Below, one piece after another: positions 1 to 16,073 of a stretch of DNA of 64,000 nt. Under the pieces are notes generated by a model. The model saw nothing but the letters and a program-made list of their open reading frames with translations, was not told where the DNA came from and did not search any database. Position numbers and translations under genes: made by a program. The stretch lies in assembly GCF_009914755.1 (NCBI RefSeq), contig NC_060935.1; one strand, 5' to 3'. The stretch's first letter is position 1; every line of letters begins with the position of its first letter. This stretch comes from the human T2T-CHM13v2.0 reference genome, Homo sapiens.

Positions 1-613
1 TCTGTAGTCTAACAGTTTGGGCTTGATTGTCTTCACCTCTCATCCTGTGTGTCCTTAGTCAATTACTTACCCTCTCTGTGTCTTGTGTCCAGGATAAAGT
101 AGGAATCACAATAGAATGTATTCCATTGGGTTATTCTGAGGTTTAATTACATTACACATCTTAAATGTTTTGTTTAATCCTAATACTTAGTAATTATTTA
201 ATAAATATACTGGCTATAACTATTAAAAATAGAGACAATGCATGTCTCAATTTACTTTACAGAACTGTCAGGTCCAAATTAAATAAATATATATTTATGC
301 CATTTTGATAAATGAAGATTAAGTAAAATGAGATATTAGCATTTAATGTTGCTTTGCATACAGCTATTCTCAGAGCTGGAAGTCTTTCTTACTTTCTGTT
401 TATCTGATATTTTCATTTCTAGGACAACATTTCAAGTATATAGTCACATGGCTTCTGGTTAACTGTTTCCAGTGTCAAGAATCTCTTTATTTTTTGTAGC
501 AACCCATTTCGTTATAGAATACATTAGCTTTTTGCATATTAAATTAATACACATTTCTTTGTAACTTGCACTGATTATTCTTAGTTCTAGCCTTGTTACC
601 ATACCAAAAAACC

Positions 614-640
614 ACAAACAAACAAACAAACAAACAAAAA
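614..640 (+). repeat. (AAAC)n microsatellite
   Basis: acaaacaaacaaacaaacaaacaaaa. Confidence 0.9.
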
Positions 641-653
641 TAACAGCAAAGTG

Positions 654-1181
654 TGTTCTGGGTACTACCGATGTATAACAAACCACGGAACAAGTTTGCA
701 GTGTAAAACAGACACACTGTTTTGCTATTTTGTGGGTGAGGAATTTGAGGAGTGTTCTTTGGGCACACCTTTTGCTCCTTGTGGCATTTCCTGAGAGCAG
801 AGTTGTCCAATATGTTGGATGGACTGGTCTGGAGGGCCTGAGATGGCATCATTCACATGTCAGGTGCATTAGTGAGGATGGACTGAACTGTAAACCTGAG
901 TGTGTATATGTAGTCTTTCTGGCATCTTGGCCTCAGGGTATAGTTGGACTTCTTAAGTGGTAGCTGGTTTAGTTTAGAGCAAACATCTCAACAGCATCAA
1001 GTTACGTGGTCTTTTCTGACCTTCTCTCAGAAGCTACTTAACAACATTCCAAGCTCCTCCATTGGTCAAAGCAGTCAGAAGCCCACTCAGATGAAGAGGG
1101 AGGGGACACAGAACCTGCCTCTTGATGGGAGGAATGTCAAAAAATGTGAATGTGGAAAGGGGCATGTTTTCATACTACCAT
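654..1181 (-). mobile_element. MaLR LTR, MLT1 family (G/H-like), decayed
   Basis: MLT1 antisense hallmarks: 'tgtataacaaaccac', 'tgtgggtgaggaatttgagg', 'ccattggtcaaagcagtca', 'cctcttgatgggagga'. Confidence 0.7.
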
Positions 1182-3784
1182 ACTTGACCTGTCAGCAGGC
1201 CTCTGGCTGAGGGACCTCAGCCCCTAGACAGAACAGAAAAGCCTCTGCTTATGGCACAGAGGTTTACAAAACTCTCTGTTTAGACTGGTGTCCAAGTCAC
1301 AACTTGAGGGGACAGAAAGGTAGTTGCACCTCAGCTGGTCTTCTCTGAATGAATTATCCCTTGTCATAGGGGACTCTGTACAAATGCAGCCATAATTCTT
1401 GTCTATTGAAAAATTAAATCTTCAGAGCAAAGTTGTTTTGACATTGTTCTACAGATAACATTCAAAACCCTGCACAATCTCAATATTATAACAACAAAAC
1501 ACAAACAGGAAATAGAGACACAGACTCGTTTTTTTCTAATCGCAAATAGAAATTATCCTTGCTAATTACAAAGGCTTATAAAATTCCACTGGTGTTTACA
1601 CTTGGCTGACTGCTTCACTGGCAGCAGGAAGCAGTCTGATGTGGAGAGTTGGGTAGACCTTTGCTTCTGATGTCCAGAATCTAGGAATCTGAGCAATCAA
1701 AGCTAGAAACATTTGTGTCCTAAAATATGAGAGTGATCTTTATGGTTACCACATGACAGAAATGACCCACAATGGGACATAAGCTTCCATTTCTCCCTGA
1801 GTTTCTACCAAGGTAGTCTAATTGTCTATGATGAACTGGCATCTTATATTGCTGGTTTGTAGTTGGAATCTAAAAGAAAATTAGGTTAAGCCACAAGACA
1901 CTATTTTAATATGAGTTATATATAGTTTAATGTAAGCCTTATAAATATCATAGATTCATATTTTGTCCATTCTTAGAGAGTTGGCAGGAGATTTATAAAA
2001 AGAAATTTTATAAGTAAAATAAACAGAAAATACATCAATATAAAGAACTGATAGCATCATAAAATTAGAAAGGAAAAGAAATAATGAAGAGAGAAAGATC
2101 GAAAAAAACCCTGAATGACTTGATTGCCTATAAAACTATGTGTAAACTCTTCTATCTGGCATTGAAATTACCTCAAAAATTTGTTCCTTACTCCCCAAAC
2201 TAATTTTCTCCTTACTCTACTATGGGAAGATTTTGTTCCAGCCAAAACTGCTAATTAGCTAGCCACAAAAATGTGTCATGCTTTCCTTCTCTGCCTCCAT
2301 TATCTTCTTTGTGTATCCAAAGCCAAATCTTAACACTCCACTCCAATGCTATTTCTTTAACAAGCTTTGTGTGATCCTCCTGCTTCAGAATAAAAACCTA
2401 CTCCTCAGAGCACCTGAGGCATCTACTTTTAACGTGCTGTCATTTGTATCAGCTGTTTTAATATAAATCTTCTTCTTGTAAGGGCAGTTGCTACTTAGCT
2501 ACACCCTTTGGTCACCATCCAGGTGTTAGAGTCCATGCTGACAGATCTTCAGAGTTTTTAGAAAAGATCAATGTGAGATTTTTCTGTGATTTCCTTTATT
2601 ATTAAATGATGGTTTAATTTAAATAAAAATCACCACCATACAAGCTAAAATACATCTGCAGCACGACAGGATCCTTGGGTTTCCACTTTCAGACCTTTGT
2701 CATAGAGCATCATGTTTGCAGAAAGAAGGAAGAAAAAAAAAGAATTGAGTAAAAACTTCCTTTTCAAAGTCATATAGTCAATGCTTGTGTGTGATTCTGT
2801 TCCCAGGTATATAGAAATCAACCTACCCACCCATGGGTAGAAAATAGGTCTTAATATTTATTAGCTCTTCTAACCACATGGATCTTAATGGGCCATGTAA
2901 TAGGAAGTCCCAGCTGGGACCCGTGCAAGTCCTGTGTTTTATACAGAATGTAAACATCTGTCTAGTTGGAGAGAGAACACGCTCACTTTCTTTATGCCCC
3001 TCATTAACTTTCTGAGGTAGGGTTGATTGTTTCGGAACTTTTGGGTGAATGTGAATATTATACATGACAATTTCATTTATATAGTGTGTAATGTAATATG
3101 CCCGCATAGAGACTATCACATCATGCCTTTCAACCAATCCGCCTACATTTAATATATATTTGTGATATGTATGGCTCAGTGTTTGGTGGTGTAGGCAGAA
3201 ACACATAGGAAGAGGAGAAGACTTACATTAATTGAAAACCTAGTGTGTGCCAAGACATTTATTCTCTTCAACTCATTTTATAAACAGAAAACAGTTTAAG
3301 AATCTCAGATGTTTTGAATAGCATGGAAATATACACATTAAAAATAGTTGACAACACAACAGTGCATTGAATATCATATACCGTGGATGGTACAAATAGC
3401 ATGGATGACAGTAGCTTGCAGCAAGGGGACATTACCTTAGGCAGGATTGATCATGGAAAACTTCATGGAAGAGTTAAGCTTTGGAACTGACTTGGATGAG
3501 GCAATAGAAATAAATCCCCATTTGGCAGTGCAGTGGTTCTAAGAAGTTAGAGGAGATCATCTCTTTTTTCCTAAGAGCTATCTTCTTCAAATGATCGTGT
3601 AGTTTGAAATAATTTCCTAGAACCCAATACCACATTTTATAATGTAGAAAAAATACACATTCTTGAGTAAACTTTAAATTGTTCATATATATGTATATGT
3701 GTAATATACATATACATTTATAGATAATCTGTTCTTCTAATTCTTTTTTAAAGTAAATAAAGAATAAACTAAAAATTAAAAGTT

Positions 3785-4201
3785 CCCTCCCACTGCATGA
3801 TATTTGGCCTGTGTGATCTAATAATGTACGATGGAAGTGATGATGAGTGACCTTTGATCCTGGGTCATAAAGGGAATTGTGACTCCCTTCTAGCATCATA
3901 AAAGGCATTACAGCGTCCACCTTGGTCTCTGGGATCACGCATTAAGGGAAAAGCTATCCATTATGTCATAAGGACTCTTAAGTAGCTCATGTTAATTGAA
4001 TACCTCCTATGTGCCAAGAACTGAGGCCTCCCACCAAGGGCCAGCACTAACTTGCCAGACATGTGTATGAGCCACCGTGTTAGTAGATTCTCCACCTCTG
4101 GAGGAAGGTTTCAGATGGCCACAGCCCCAGCTGGCACCTTGACTGCTTTGGATGCCCCGAGTAAGAACTGCTTAGCTAAGCTGCTCCTGAATTCCTAACC
4201 C
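3785..4201 (+). mobile_element. MaLR LTR, MLT1E/F-like fragment
   Basis: 'aactgaggcctc...gccagcactaacttgccag...ttcagatggccacagccccagctggcaccttgactgc...agctaagctgctcctgaattcctaaccc'. Confidence 0.75.
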
Positions 4202-5302
4202 CTTCTTCTAGAACTTGAAATGAGGTCCTAAAGCACTTGCACAGAAGAGCCACAAAAACCTCAGATAGGGGGCAAGAGAAAGAGGATGGAAGAGCTATTA
4301 AAATTATTTGTTTCTTCACAGTCTTTCCCAGAAATATCTCTGAAATCACATGAGTCTTGGAGGGAGGCTTTGTCCCCTTCCTCTCCTCTGAGTAACTCGT
4401 TGTAGAGCCCAACAGTGCAAGATGTAGGATAATAGGAGGGATTATTTCCAGGGAGTACCAGTAATGATACTGAGCATGAAAATAGTTAAACAGGACAAAA
4501 GAAATACCTCAAACAGATCAATTGGGCAGAGAGCTGATGTACATATAAAAGAATTCCCATCTGGAAACCAGAGGGTTGAAGTTCTGAAGAAAACTTCAGG
4601 GCCCCAGCCAGACAGTGTCTGTCATGCAAAAGGCCTCAGTGATGGAAGGAACAGGAAATGTCATCAAAAACTAATGAGACTGTCAAGTTTCAGCTAGAAT
4701 TAGATAAAAGCCTGCTTCACTTGCAGGGGACAGTCCTAGTTAGAAGATGAGGAGCCAGAACAAAGCTTGAAGAATTGGATGTTTAAGATAGATTTTTAAA
4801 TCTCCTCTTATTCACCTATGCCTTCTATACTACATTTAAGGACAATAACTTCAAAGTACTCAGCAACCCAGAATAGTTGGCATTTCTCTTTGGGGAATGA
4901 CTATTTTAAAAAGGCACCTGGAACCTCCCATTTCAAGGGGGAAAGATCACATACAACTTGAGAAACTGGTGCCCGTATAGGGACAAATTGGGGAAGATAA
5001 TATCAAAGAGAAACAAATGGGAGTTTACATATGCGTGTGTGTGAATTTGACCTGAATATCAGCTTTGCTTTCTAAGCATGCTTGAAAATGTTTGTGGTAA
5101 AAGGATCAGGTGTAAACTTCTTGTTATATATTTTCTTAACATTTCAGATTAAAAGACACATACATGTTCAATCTACTACCTTTGGAATTATCCAATAACC
5201 ACACCAATTTCCTATATAGGACTGAATTTTTCCTAGTCATAAGATGAAGAATGCAAATAGATCATTTACTAGAGGAATGTTAATAGGGCATGTTTCTTCC
5301 TC

Positions 5303-5588
5303 TTTTTTGAGACAGAGTCTCATTCTGTCACCCAGGCTGGAGTATAGTGGCATGATCTCGGCTCACTGCAAATTCAGCCTCCAGTTTCAGGCAATTATTG
5401 TGCCTCAGCCTCCCCATTAGCTGGGACTATAGATGCATGCCACCATGCCCAGATAGTTTTTGTATTCTTTGTAGAGACAGGATTTCACCGTGTTGGCCAG
5501 GGTGGTCACAAACTCCTGGCCTGAAGTGATCCACCTGCCTTGAGCCCCAAAGTGCTGGGATTACAGGTGTGAGCCATTGTGCCTGGCC
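5303..5588 (-). mobile_element. Alu, older AluS (Sz-like)
   Basis: Full dimer in antisense with a short T tract. CATGTTTCTTC occurs on both sides (TSD). Confidence 0.95.
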
Positions 5589-6864
5589 GGCCATGTTTCT
5601 TCTTTTACAATTTGCCTATAAATAGACCACATGACCACATGCTCTCTTAAGGTATTGATGTGCTCATGTTTTATGTACACACACACACACACACCCCTCA
5701 CAGACACATCAGATTTTCATACTAAAAAATCAAGTTTGGAGGAAATTTTAAATTTTAGGCTAGGTTAGATACTACTTGAAATTTTGAAGGGTATTTTAAA
5801 CTCTCCATATACATCCCTGGGGTAAAGCAGTGACAGGGGCCACATTTGCCTTTCTTTGATGCCCTTGGGTCCTCCTTCTGCATCCACAGCTTTCTTCTCT
5901 GTCCTGCATCTCACTCCTCCTGGATACTTTCTATTACTGGTTTCCTCATTAGGACATCTCTGCATTTACAAAGCCCTCTTCTCCCATCAGAAAAAAATTG
6001 TTCTGATCCATCACTACAACTGTTTTTGTTGGAGGCGTAAATTTTCATTTTTTTGAAATTTCCTGTGTCGTATTTGTTGTAGCATGAAGAAAATGCAGTT
6101 GAGGCTTCTCTCCAGTTGCACCTTTTACCACGAAGGCTTATAAATAATATTTTGAAATTCATTTTCTTCCTCTCTTCTTTGTACCAATGATTGAAGTCTT
6201 TTTTCTGGCCATCGTCATCTCTCACCTAGATATGATAATAGCTTCTAAATTTGTCTCCATGACTCTAGACTCTGCTTTCCTTAAATCTGTCTTAGCCCAA
6301 CAGGGTAATCATTGTAAGACTCAAGTCTGATTATGATATTCCCTCAGTTAACATCTTCTGTTATTCCTCATTACCTACATTATAAATACAAACAAAATAC
6401 CTTAATATACAAGGCCTTTTACAGCCTGTTCCCAGCCTACTCTCCCAGACTCATCTTCCTTGACTCCTCATAGCCTCAGCTCTCTCTGTCTTCCCTTGGT
6501 TTCCAGATACTTGAAAGACTCTCCCAACCTTTAAGACATCCTTTGTTCTACAATATACTCAGTTTTTAACTCCAGATATAGATACTGCATTCAGATATAG
6601 AAAAATATGAAAAAATAAAAACTAGATCCCTCCTCTATTTTATATGCCCTGACTCATAGTACCATAGATTGTAGCCATCTCAGAACTGGCAGCAATCCCT
6701 TTGCCAAGTAAGAAAGAGTAACTTTATCAGGTGACTATTATACTATTAATTGATACATTTTCCTCTCATTCTCCTCCTCTGTCACAATTCTAAATTCATA
6801 TATACAAAGTTTCAGTGAAGAACTGGAAAGAAAGCACATGGAGAAGATCACAAAAGTGGACACG

Positions 6865-7183
<319 letters not shown>

Positions 7184-7980
7184 GGGGACATGGGCTGGAC
7201 CAGTGGTATGTTGTATCCATATCCAGGCAGGTGAAGTCTCCACAATTAAAATACTCTTGGTATGACAGAGTCAAGAAAATCCCTGGCAATAATTTATCTA
7301 GAATTCTTAAAAACTTTTCATTCGTTCATAAAATCAGAGAGCCAGGTAATAGATACGGAAGACATTAAGTGGACCAGATTTGCTTTAGAAACAGAATTGT
7401 CCAGCTCTTTAGTTTTAGAACTGAGAAAGAGATTGAGATAACACCCAAAGTCACAGGAGGGAGAGAGAGAACCAATACTAAAAACAACCAATAAGGTTTT
7501 GGTCAGGCAGAATTTACTCTATTTGAAGAAAAATGTAGGAAACAAAAACAAAGTAACTAAAAACATGGGGATAAAGGGAAAACAATATGTAAGGAAAATA
7601 AAGTAGCATTTTATCCTTGAAACCAGGAAGAGAAAGTGCATGCCTTTGAAAATAATCTATTGCAGGAAACAGAATAAAGTATTTTTATAGACAGAAAAAT
7701 TTAATAACAGCAGTATAGGAAACATGAAGAGCAAAATCGCTAAAGTGAGTTAAGATAGAGTATGAATTAATAAGGAAGAATTGCTAGAAAACTAACAATG
7801 AATGAACTTCATTAAATTTTACATTGGAGGAAGTGCACATAATACCACTGGTATTATGCACTGGTTATATGCAGGAGAAACTTGAGCTATTTTAGACTAC
7901 AGAGATGATATAAAAAAGAAAACTATGAGATAGAAGGTACTATTTTTGAATAGATTGGGGGCTTAGTATGTGTCAGGTTT

Positions 7981-8638
<658 letters not shown>

Positions 8639-8679
8639 GGCTTTATATAACATTTGCCTACCAGATATAATTTACATAT

Positions 8680-8815
8680 AATACAATTAATCCTTATAAC
8701 AACTCTATGAGATGGGCACTATTATCTTCTGTAATTTACAGATGAGAAAATTAGAGTTTAGAAGGTTAACTTGTCCAAGCCTACACACATGGCAAGTAGA
8801 ACTTGCCAAAACAAA
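8680..8815 (-). mobile_element. MIR
   Basis: Core 'aatccttataacaactctatgagatgggcactatt...tttacagatgagaaaattagag...aacttgtccaag'. Confidence 0.75.
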
Positions 8816-8859
8816 CCAGTTCCAGGTTAAGGAACTGTAATTAACTATTTTTATTTTAT

Positions 8860-9600
8860 AAAAATCTCTATTGTGAAAGACTAAAACCATACTTGAAAGG
8901 CAAATGACACGCTGAAAAAAATATATGTAATGCCTATGACAACCAAAGACTTGTAATTAGCTATCATAACTATAAAAGAAAAACATGAGGAACATGAATT
9001 ATTTAATAGAGAATGTGGTCTGAGGACATTTATAGACAAATAATAAAAGAAGAAACATAGCCAATTAGCATGCTTTTAGTAAATAGAAACTTTGCTGGTA
9101 ATAAAATAATTCCGAAATAGGCAATTGAAATGATTTGTACATGTTTCAAATCAATAAAAAGGAAAAGAATGGTAATATCCTGTCAGCAAGAGGTGAAGAC
9201 AGAAACACTTCACCTTTATTGATACTGGTAATAAAGATGGGCATATACATTTTTTGGATAGTAATGAACATTGTGAATGGAAAGCCTTTAAAAACTCATT
9301 TGACTTGTGAGCCGAAACACCTTCTATTGGAAATTCACACTTTTACAAGTAGATAATCATATATATTGATTACAGCGTGTTTCCTATTTTCCATACTATT
9401 GTTTATAATAGGGAAAATGGAAAATGTTAAGTATTAAATACACAATGGAGCATTTTTTAATGAAATAAATTTTGGATATTATGAATAAGTTATATCTGTA
9501 TGTTTAGATGGGAAAAATGCTTCAATTACAATATGAGAAAAAATATAGAAAAGCATATATGCTATGATATTCCCTTTTGCTTATTTATGTTTTGTATTCT
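8860..9600 (+). mobile_element. Ancient L1M (ME-like) ORF2 3' remnants
   Basis: A-rich, with degenerate L1 3' ORF2/UTR motifs; boundaries approximate. Confidence 0.5.
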
Positions 9601-10487
9601 TTGCATAAAGGACATGGATTATTCATGTTAAAGTAAATAAAAACATCCCATGATAAGATGATTTAAATGTTAAGCATCATTAGATATTTAGCTTCTTTTT
9701 TTTTTTCAAGGAAAGCAAAAAAAAAAAAAAGTGTCCGACCCCTTAAACGTGCCATACTGGATTGGACCTGGAGGAAGTGTCAGACTTTTCCTCTCTAGGT
9801 TGGCTTTTATAAGCAAAATGATGCAAATTAAGCACTGGCACAGCAACTGGCACATAGTTTATTTCATTATTATTGTTATTACCATTATCTGTATGATAGA
9901 CTATTATATATATGAGTTTCTTAAGGAAAAATTATATATATTAAATATATGATCTTTGATTTAAAAAAATCCCAATAAAAAAGTTTCATTTTTCATCACT
10001 GGAATAGAACAAAGGTCCAGTTCCAAAAGTAGCTTCTTACTTTTCTGATAATACAACTCTAAGTCAATTCCATTGATTGACTTGCTAAGGACAATTAGAA
10101 AACACAGACCGCTGCAGGCCTGTATGCAGAAACTGGAGCCATTCAGAGAATGCAGTCCCTGCCAGAGTTGCCACCTGAGGCTGAGTAGGAGGAGTGGATG
10201 TACCCTGGAAGTCTCCCTTTTCCTGTCCCCTGATTCCTCCTGCCTGTGTCTTCCATGAGTCTAACCCAGTGGGAAGCCAGGTGATACGGGAATTTAGAGT
10301 ACAGTTGTAGGGGAAAGGTCAGAACCAGATCTGAGGGAAAACAGATCCAGAAGCAGCACAGGGAGGCCACAAACTACGTAGGTAGATGCCATTTAGACTT
10401 ATTGGTGGATCGCCATCTTTCAGAAGAGTCTAGGTTGAGGGGTTCAAGGTTAAGAGTGATCCACATATAGAGAGTCTATGGGCCACT

Positions 10488-10611
10488 GGTAGGTTCATTC
10501 TGGTCTGCCTGGAATAGCTTTATTTTATCCTTGTTGTCCTAGTAAAGTTTTAAATAACGCTATCTCCCTCAAAAATGTTCCGCTTTAAAAGATGAATCAA
10601 TCATTGCCCTA
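10488..10611. mobile_element. MER94-like hAT MITE
   Basis: 'ctggtctgcctggaatag...ttgttgtcctag...ctcaaaaatgttccgcttt...tgcccta'. Confidence 0.55.
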
Positions 10612-11446
10612 ACTATAGGAGTTTCTCTCAGATTCTTTGATTATTCTCAAGAGTTCTTCTCTGAAATTGATAGAACTAATGCCAGAAAGAGGATATATAT
10701 GGCCACACTATCTACACTTGGAGACCCTACACAAAATGCAATTCCTTGTATAGTGAGCTCAAGATGCCCAGGAAAGAGTCTATGCAAAAATGGTACTTCT
10801 ACAGTCTAATCGTCATAGGTTACTGCTAGAACATTAAGGTGTAGGTTAAATTTATTTAAATATCTGAAGCTGAAGATCTGAGAAATTAAAATCTTAGTTA
10901 ACCAATGACAATACTTTTTTGTGACAAGGAGCTCTTATTCATAATTGTAGCAAAAACACAAAATATAAAGGAAACAATTTAGCAAGAAATATAATAGATG
11001 AGAAGAGGACAACCTCAGAACTTCTGTGATCAGAAAAAGGCTTTAGTCAAGAAATATCTATTCCTGACTAGAAAAACTCAATGTTCTAAAGTTATTTAGT
11101 ACATAATTATTTGTAATTTGAAATCAATCTCAATTATAATTCAAAGACATTCTAAAGTTTGTTTGCAGGAATATCCTGAAAGTACTTGGAAAAGATAAAT
11201 AATTGAGGAAGACTATGGAGGAGGCTTATACCACCAGACTTTAAAGTATCTTAAAATGTTGTAAAAAATTAAAGCAGGGTATATTAGGAGCAGAAGTAAA
11301 ATTCTGAAAATTTCAGAATGCATTCTATTATATGTAAGAGTATACTACATTTAAAAAGTTGGCAAACATAATCCATAAAATAGTAGGTTATTGAATAAGT
11401 GATAGTGTGAAAAATAGCTAATTATAAAAATAAATTACAAATGTAG

Positions 11447-11737
11447 TGTATTACTTTGCTCAGGTTACTATAACAAAGTAACACAGACTATAAGTTTGTT
11501 TCTCACAGTTCTGGAGGCTGGAAGTTTAAAAACAAGATGACTGGCAATTCTATTTCTGAGGAGGGCTTTCTTCTTCTTCTTAAAAGGGTGCTGTCCTTAT
11601 AGGATTAGGGCCCCACCCTTATGACCTCATTTAACCTTTATCACCTCCTCACTGGCCCCATCTCCACATTAGTTACACTGGGGGTTTAGGACTTCAACTT
11701 ATGAATTTTGTGGATCACAAACATGAAGTCCATGGCG
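11447..11737 (-). mobile_element. MLT1A-like solo LTR, internally deleted, within old L1M debris
   Basis: 'tctcacagttctggaggctggaag', 'ggattagggccccacccttatgacctcatttaacct'. Perfect 5-bp TSD TGTAG at 11442-11446 and 11738-11742. Confidence 0.9.
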
Positions 11738-12789
11738 TGTAGAAAACCTGGCAAATAAAGGTAAAATGCAACTATTAAATTGCTAGAAAAAAAGGTAAAT
11801 AAACATAAGGGCTATTTGGGCTAAAGTTTCACCAGCATTTTAATGTTTACAGTTTTAAAATTAATAAAAACAGAAAATATTTTTAATAGAGTTAATTAAT
11901 TTTTGGCTTCTAAATCCTCATTCTTGAAATTGAGATTTGAATAAATTTTACTTAAATACAAAGTGGCAGTGTAGAACAGAGCCCTCTTGCATTTGGATAT
12001 TTAACTTGGAAATCATAAAGTAAAAGCACACAGAGTTTTTAAATGGCTGTGAAGTAGCACAGGCATTTCTAGGAAAAATATTTTGTTTTTCTAGGAATAA
12101 AATGAAGAAGCAGAAGAAAAAAAATTGATCATTCTTCCTGAAGGAAGTTAAAAACCTTATTTTGAGATTATTAAAATTACTTTGAATTATCGAAGGTACA
12201 GGTTTTTAGACAGAGTTCAAATTAGGATGGTTTCACTGTATTAATAGGTGAAGGTCAAAGAGAAAGGAAGTAGGGTGGGAAAAGGAAATATCCCTCTTAA
12301 TTAGATGGGCTCAAAAGCTGGCCAGAAAAAAAAAATATTAGCATGCAGTTTTGTGAGATGACATGTAAGTACAAGGCAAAACAGTGAATGTTTTAACAGA
12401 GCTAAACTTTTAACTTTAAGGGAGGTCTAATTCTTTATTGCTGTGGTGTCTCTCATACTCAAAAAATGTTTGATATAGCTTTTTGGGAGAGCATTGACCT
12501 CACAGTCTGTGATACATTATCTTGGAAATATTGTCATTGGAAGCAAATATTCACCTTCTGAAGGTTACTTTTTATTTTTGCCTGATGATAAATTCTTCCC
12601 AGACTCCTGCTGATGGATAAAGAGATTGACTAGGCCAGGGAATGCTTGCTTAGGCATGAATGTTTGGTGGACGATGAGGATATTAATTTTCTTCTGTTGC
12701 ATCAAAATTCTGTCAAAGATAATGCTGAGAGAGTAATGTGGTATATTGAATTGTAAGTTCATAATTATTTATCTCCTCTCCACCATTAC

Positions 12790-13700
12790 CTTATTTATGT
12801 GTAGGCATTGGTTTCAAGCTTGGTCATATGACATGGCTTGGCTAATGATATGACTTTTGCCATACCTAAGAGAAGCTTTGAAGGTGCCCTCATGCGTTGA
12901 CACTACCTCTTTAGTTCCTGCCTTCTGCCAAGAATGAACAGCATTTTCATTTAGTGAATGCCTCTTCAGCCTGGGTTCCAGAAGGAGAAGACATATAGAG
13001 TCTACTTGAGCCTAGTCATGTCCAGGAGAGTGGATGAGAGCCACAAAAGCCTATTGTTCTCGTGTTATATGCGCAAGAAGTTTTTATTAACTACTAAGAT
13101 TTTGAAGTTGTAAGCTACTGCACAAAAACTGACCAGCAAAATGAATGGTGCCAGAAGTGGCATAATGCCAAAAAGAACTTTTAAATACAGGACTGATAAA
13201 TATATAGGCAAGCAAACTTAGAAAGGAGGCAGAAAAATGTAGCAATCTATCTTATGCATTGGTAAAACATTTGGTAAAATAATTGCCTGCAATAAGTTGG
13301 AAGACAGAAAGTGCAGCTAATAAACTTGTGACTTTGGGCAAAGAGATACTGAGCAGAATTTTCATAGCATGAGTTGGTTGTCATTAGTGAAATTTGATTA
13401 GATATTACAATAAAGAATGAGCTAAGAGAAGAATTAGCCTGTTTCCAAGGAAGAAGAATGGGAAGAGAGATACTGTAATTCCAACATTCTAGGACTGGCA
13501 GTTGAAAGGCACACAGCTTTCTTATTTGACAGTAAACTATTGTCAAATTAAGACAGTCTCAAGGCAAAGAACCATTTAATGGTGTGACTCTTCCACCTTA
13601 AGACCTCTTGTTGGATCAAGATAGACTCAGAAAATTCTTTCTGTTGGACAAAATGTCTCAAAGACCCTAAATGTGTTGCTATCCCAAGGAATAATGTTAA
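12790..13700 (+). mobile_element. MLT1 LTR followed by MLT1 internal sequence
   Basis: LTR-like 'ggtcatatgacatggcttggctaatg', then MLT-int start 'tggtgccagaagtgg' and 'ggtaaaacatttggtaaaat...ttggaagacagaaa'. Confidence 0.6.
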
Positions 13701-13729
13701 ACTTGAGGTGGCCAAAATTAACTATTGAG

Positions 13730-14045
13730 TAGCACAGTCCAGCAGAAATATATTGCAACCTACCACATATATAACCTAAAATTTTGCTAACCACATTTTA
13801 TGAAGTAAAAAGAAACATGTAAATAATTCAATACATTTGCTAATTTTAAGATATATTAATTCAACATATACAGAATATTATAATTTCTTCATGTAACCAA
13901 TATAAAAATATTAAGACTTCCATTTTTTGTACTTCTTGTTCAATATCAGATGTGTGCTTTATACTTAAATCTCAATTCAGACTAGTCACATTGCAAATGC
14001 TTAATAGCCATAGGTGACTAATGGCTACCCTATTGGACAGCACAG
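13730..14045. mobile_element. MER33 (hAT-Charlie MITE)
   Basis: 'gtaaaaagaaaca', 'atctcaattcagactagtcacatt...aatagcca...ggctaccctattggacagcacag'. Confidence 0.85.
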
Positions 14046-14324
14046 TTTTAGAGAACTGGGAATGTCAGAAAAACAATTATGTGGTTCCTGCAAAGGAAAT
14101 GAATAGAATAACATAGGCCAAGAAAAGGGCAATAAAGTTTTTAAAAGAATTGTATTGCTAGAATGAACTTAAAAAGATTGTGACGATTCTTCAGTTGTAA
14201 ATTGACCTTTCAGACTTCCCATGCCCAGTAAACAGTCTGATAACTGCAATAGATGTATTCCACTGAGATATTGAAGTTGTTTGGTGCCATATCCAAAGCA
14301 AACTAATGCAAGAAATAGTAAACA

Positions 14325-15532
<1,208 letters not shown>

Positions 15533-15576
15533 TAAACATATTTTTTAAAATAGCAAGCTTCAAGATAGGCTTTTAA

Positions 15577-15883
<307 letters not shown>

Positions 15884-16073
15884 ATAGGCTTTTACTACTG
15901 CCAAACCATGCATAGCTCTCTCTCCTGACTTTGTTCTCTCCAACATACGTTTAAAAGTGAAAGCTTACCTCATTACACACCAGCAAAAACTACTATCATC
16001 TTACATTGGAAAAAGCAGAATTCATATCAGAAAGACCTGGATTTCAGTCATGATCTTGCCACTCTTTTAAATG

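Noticed and set aside
3685-3720. Palindromic TA/TG-rich tract (also ~30915, ~45630)
   Set aside because: Self-complementarity is inherent to dinucleotide repeats.
9691-9731. T-tract/A-tract hairpin resembling a terminator
   Set aside because: It is low-complexity homopolymer sequence, and intrinsic terminators are not relevant here.
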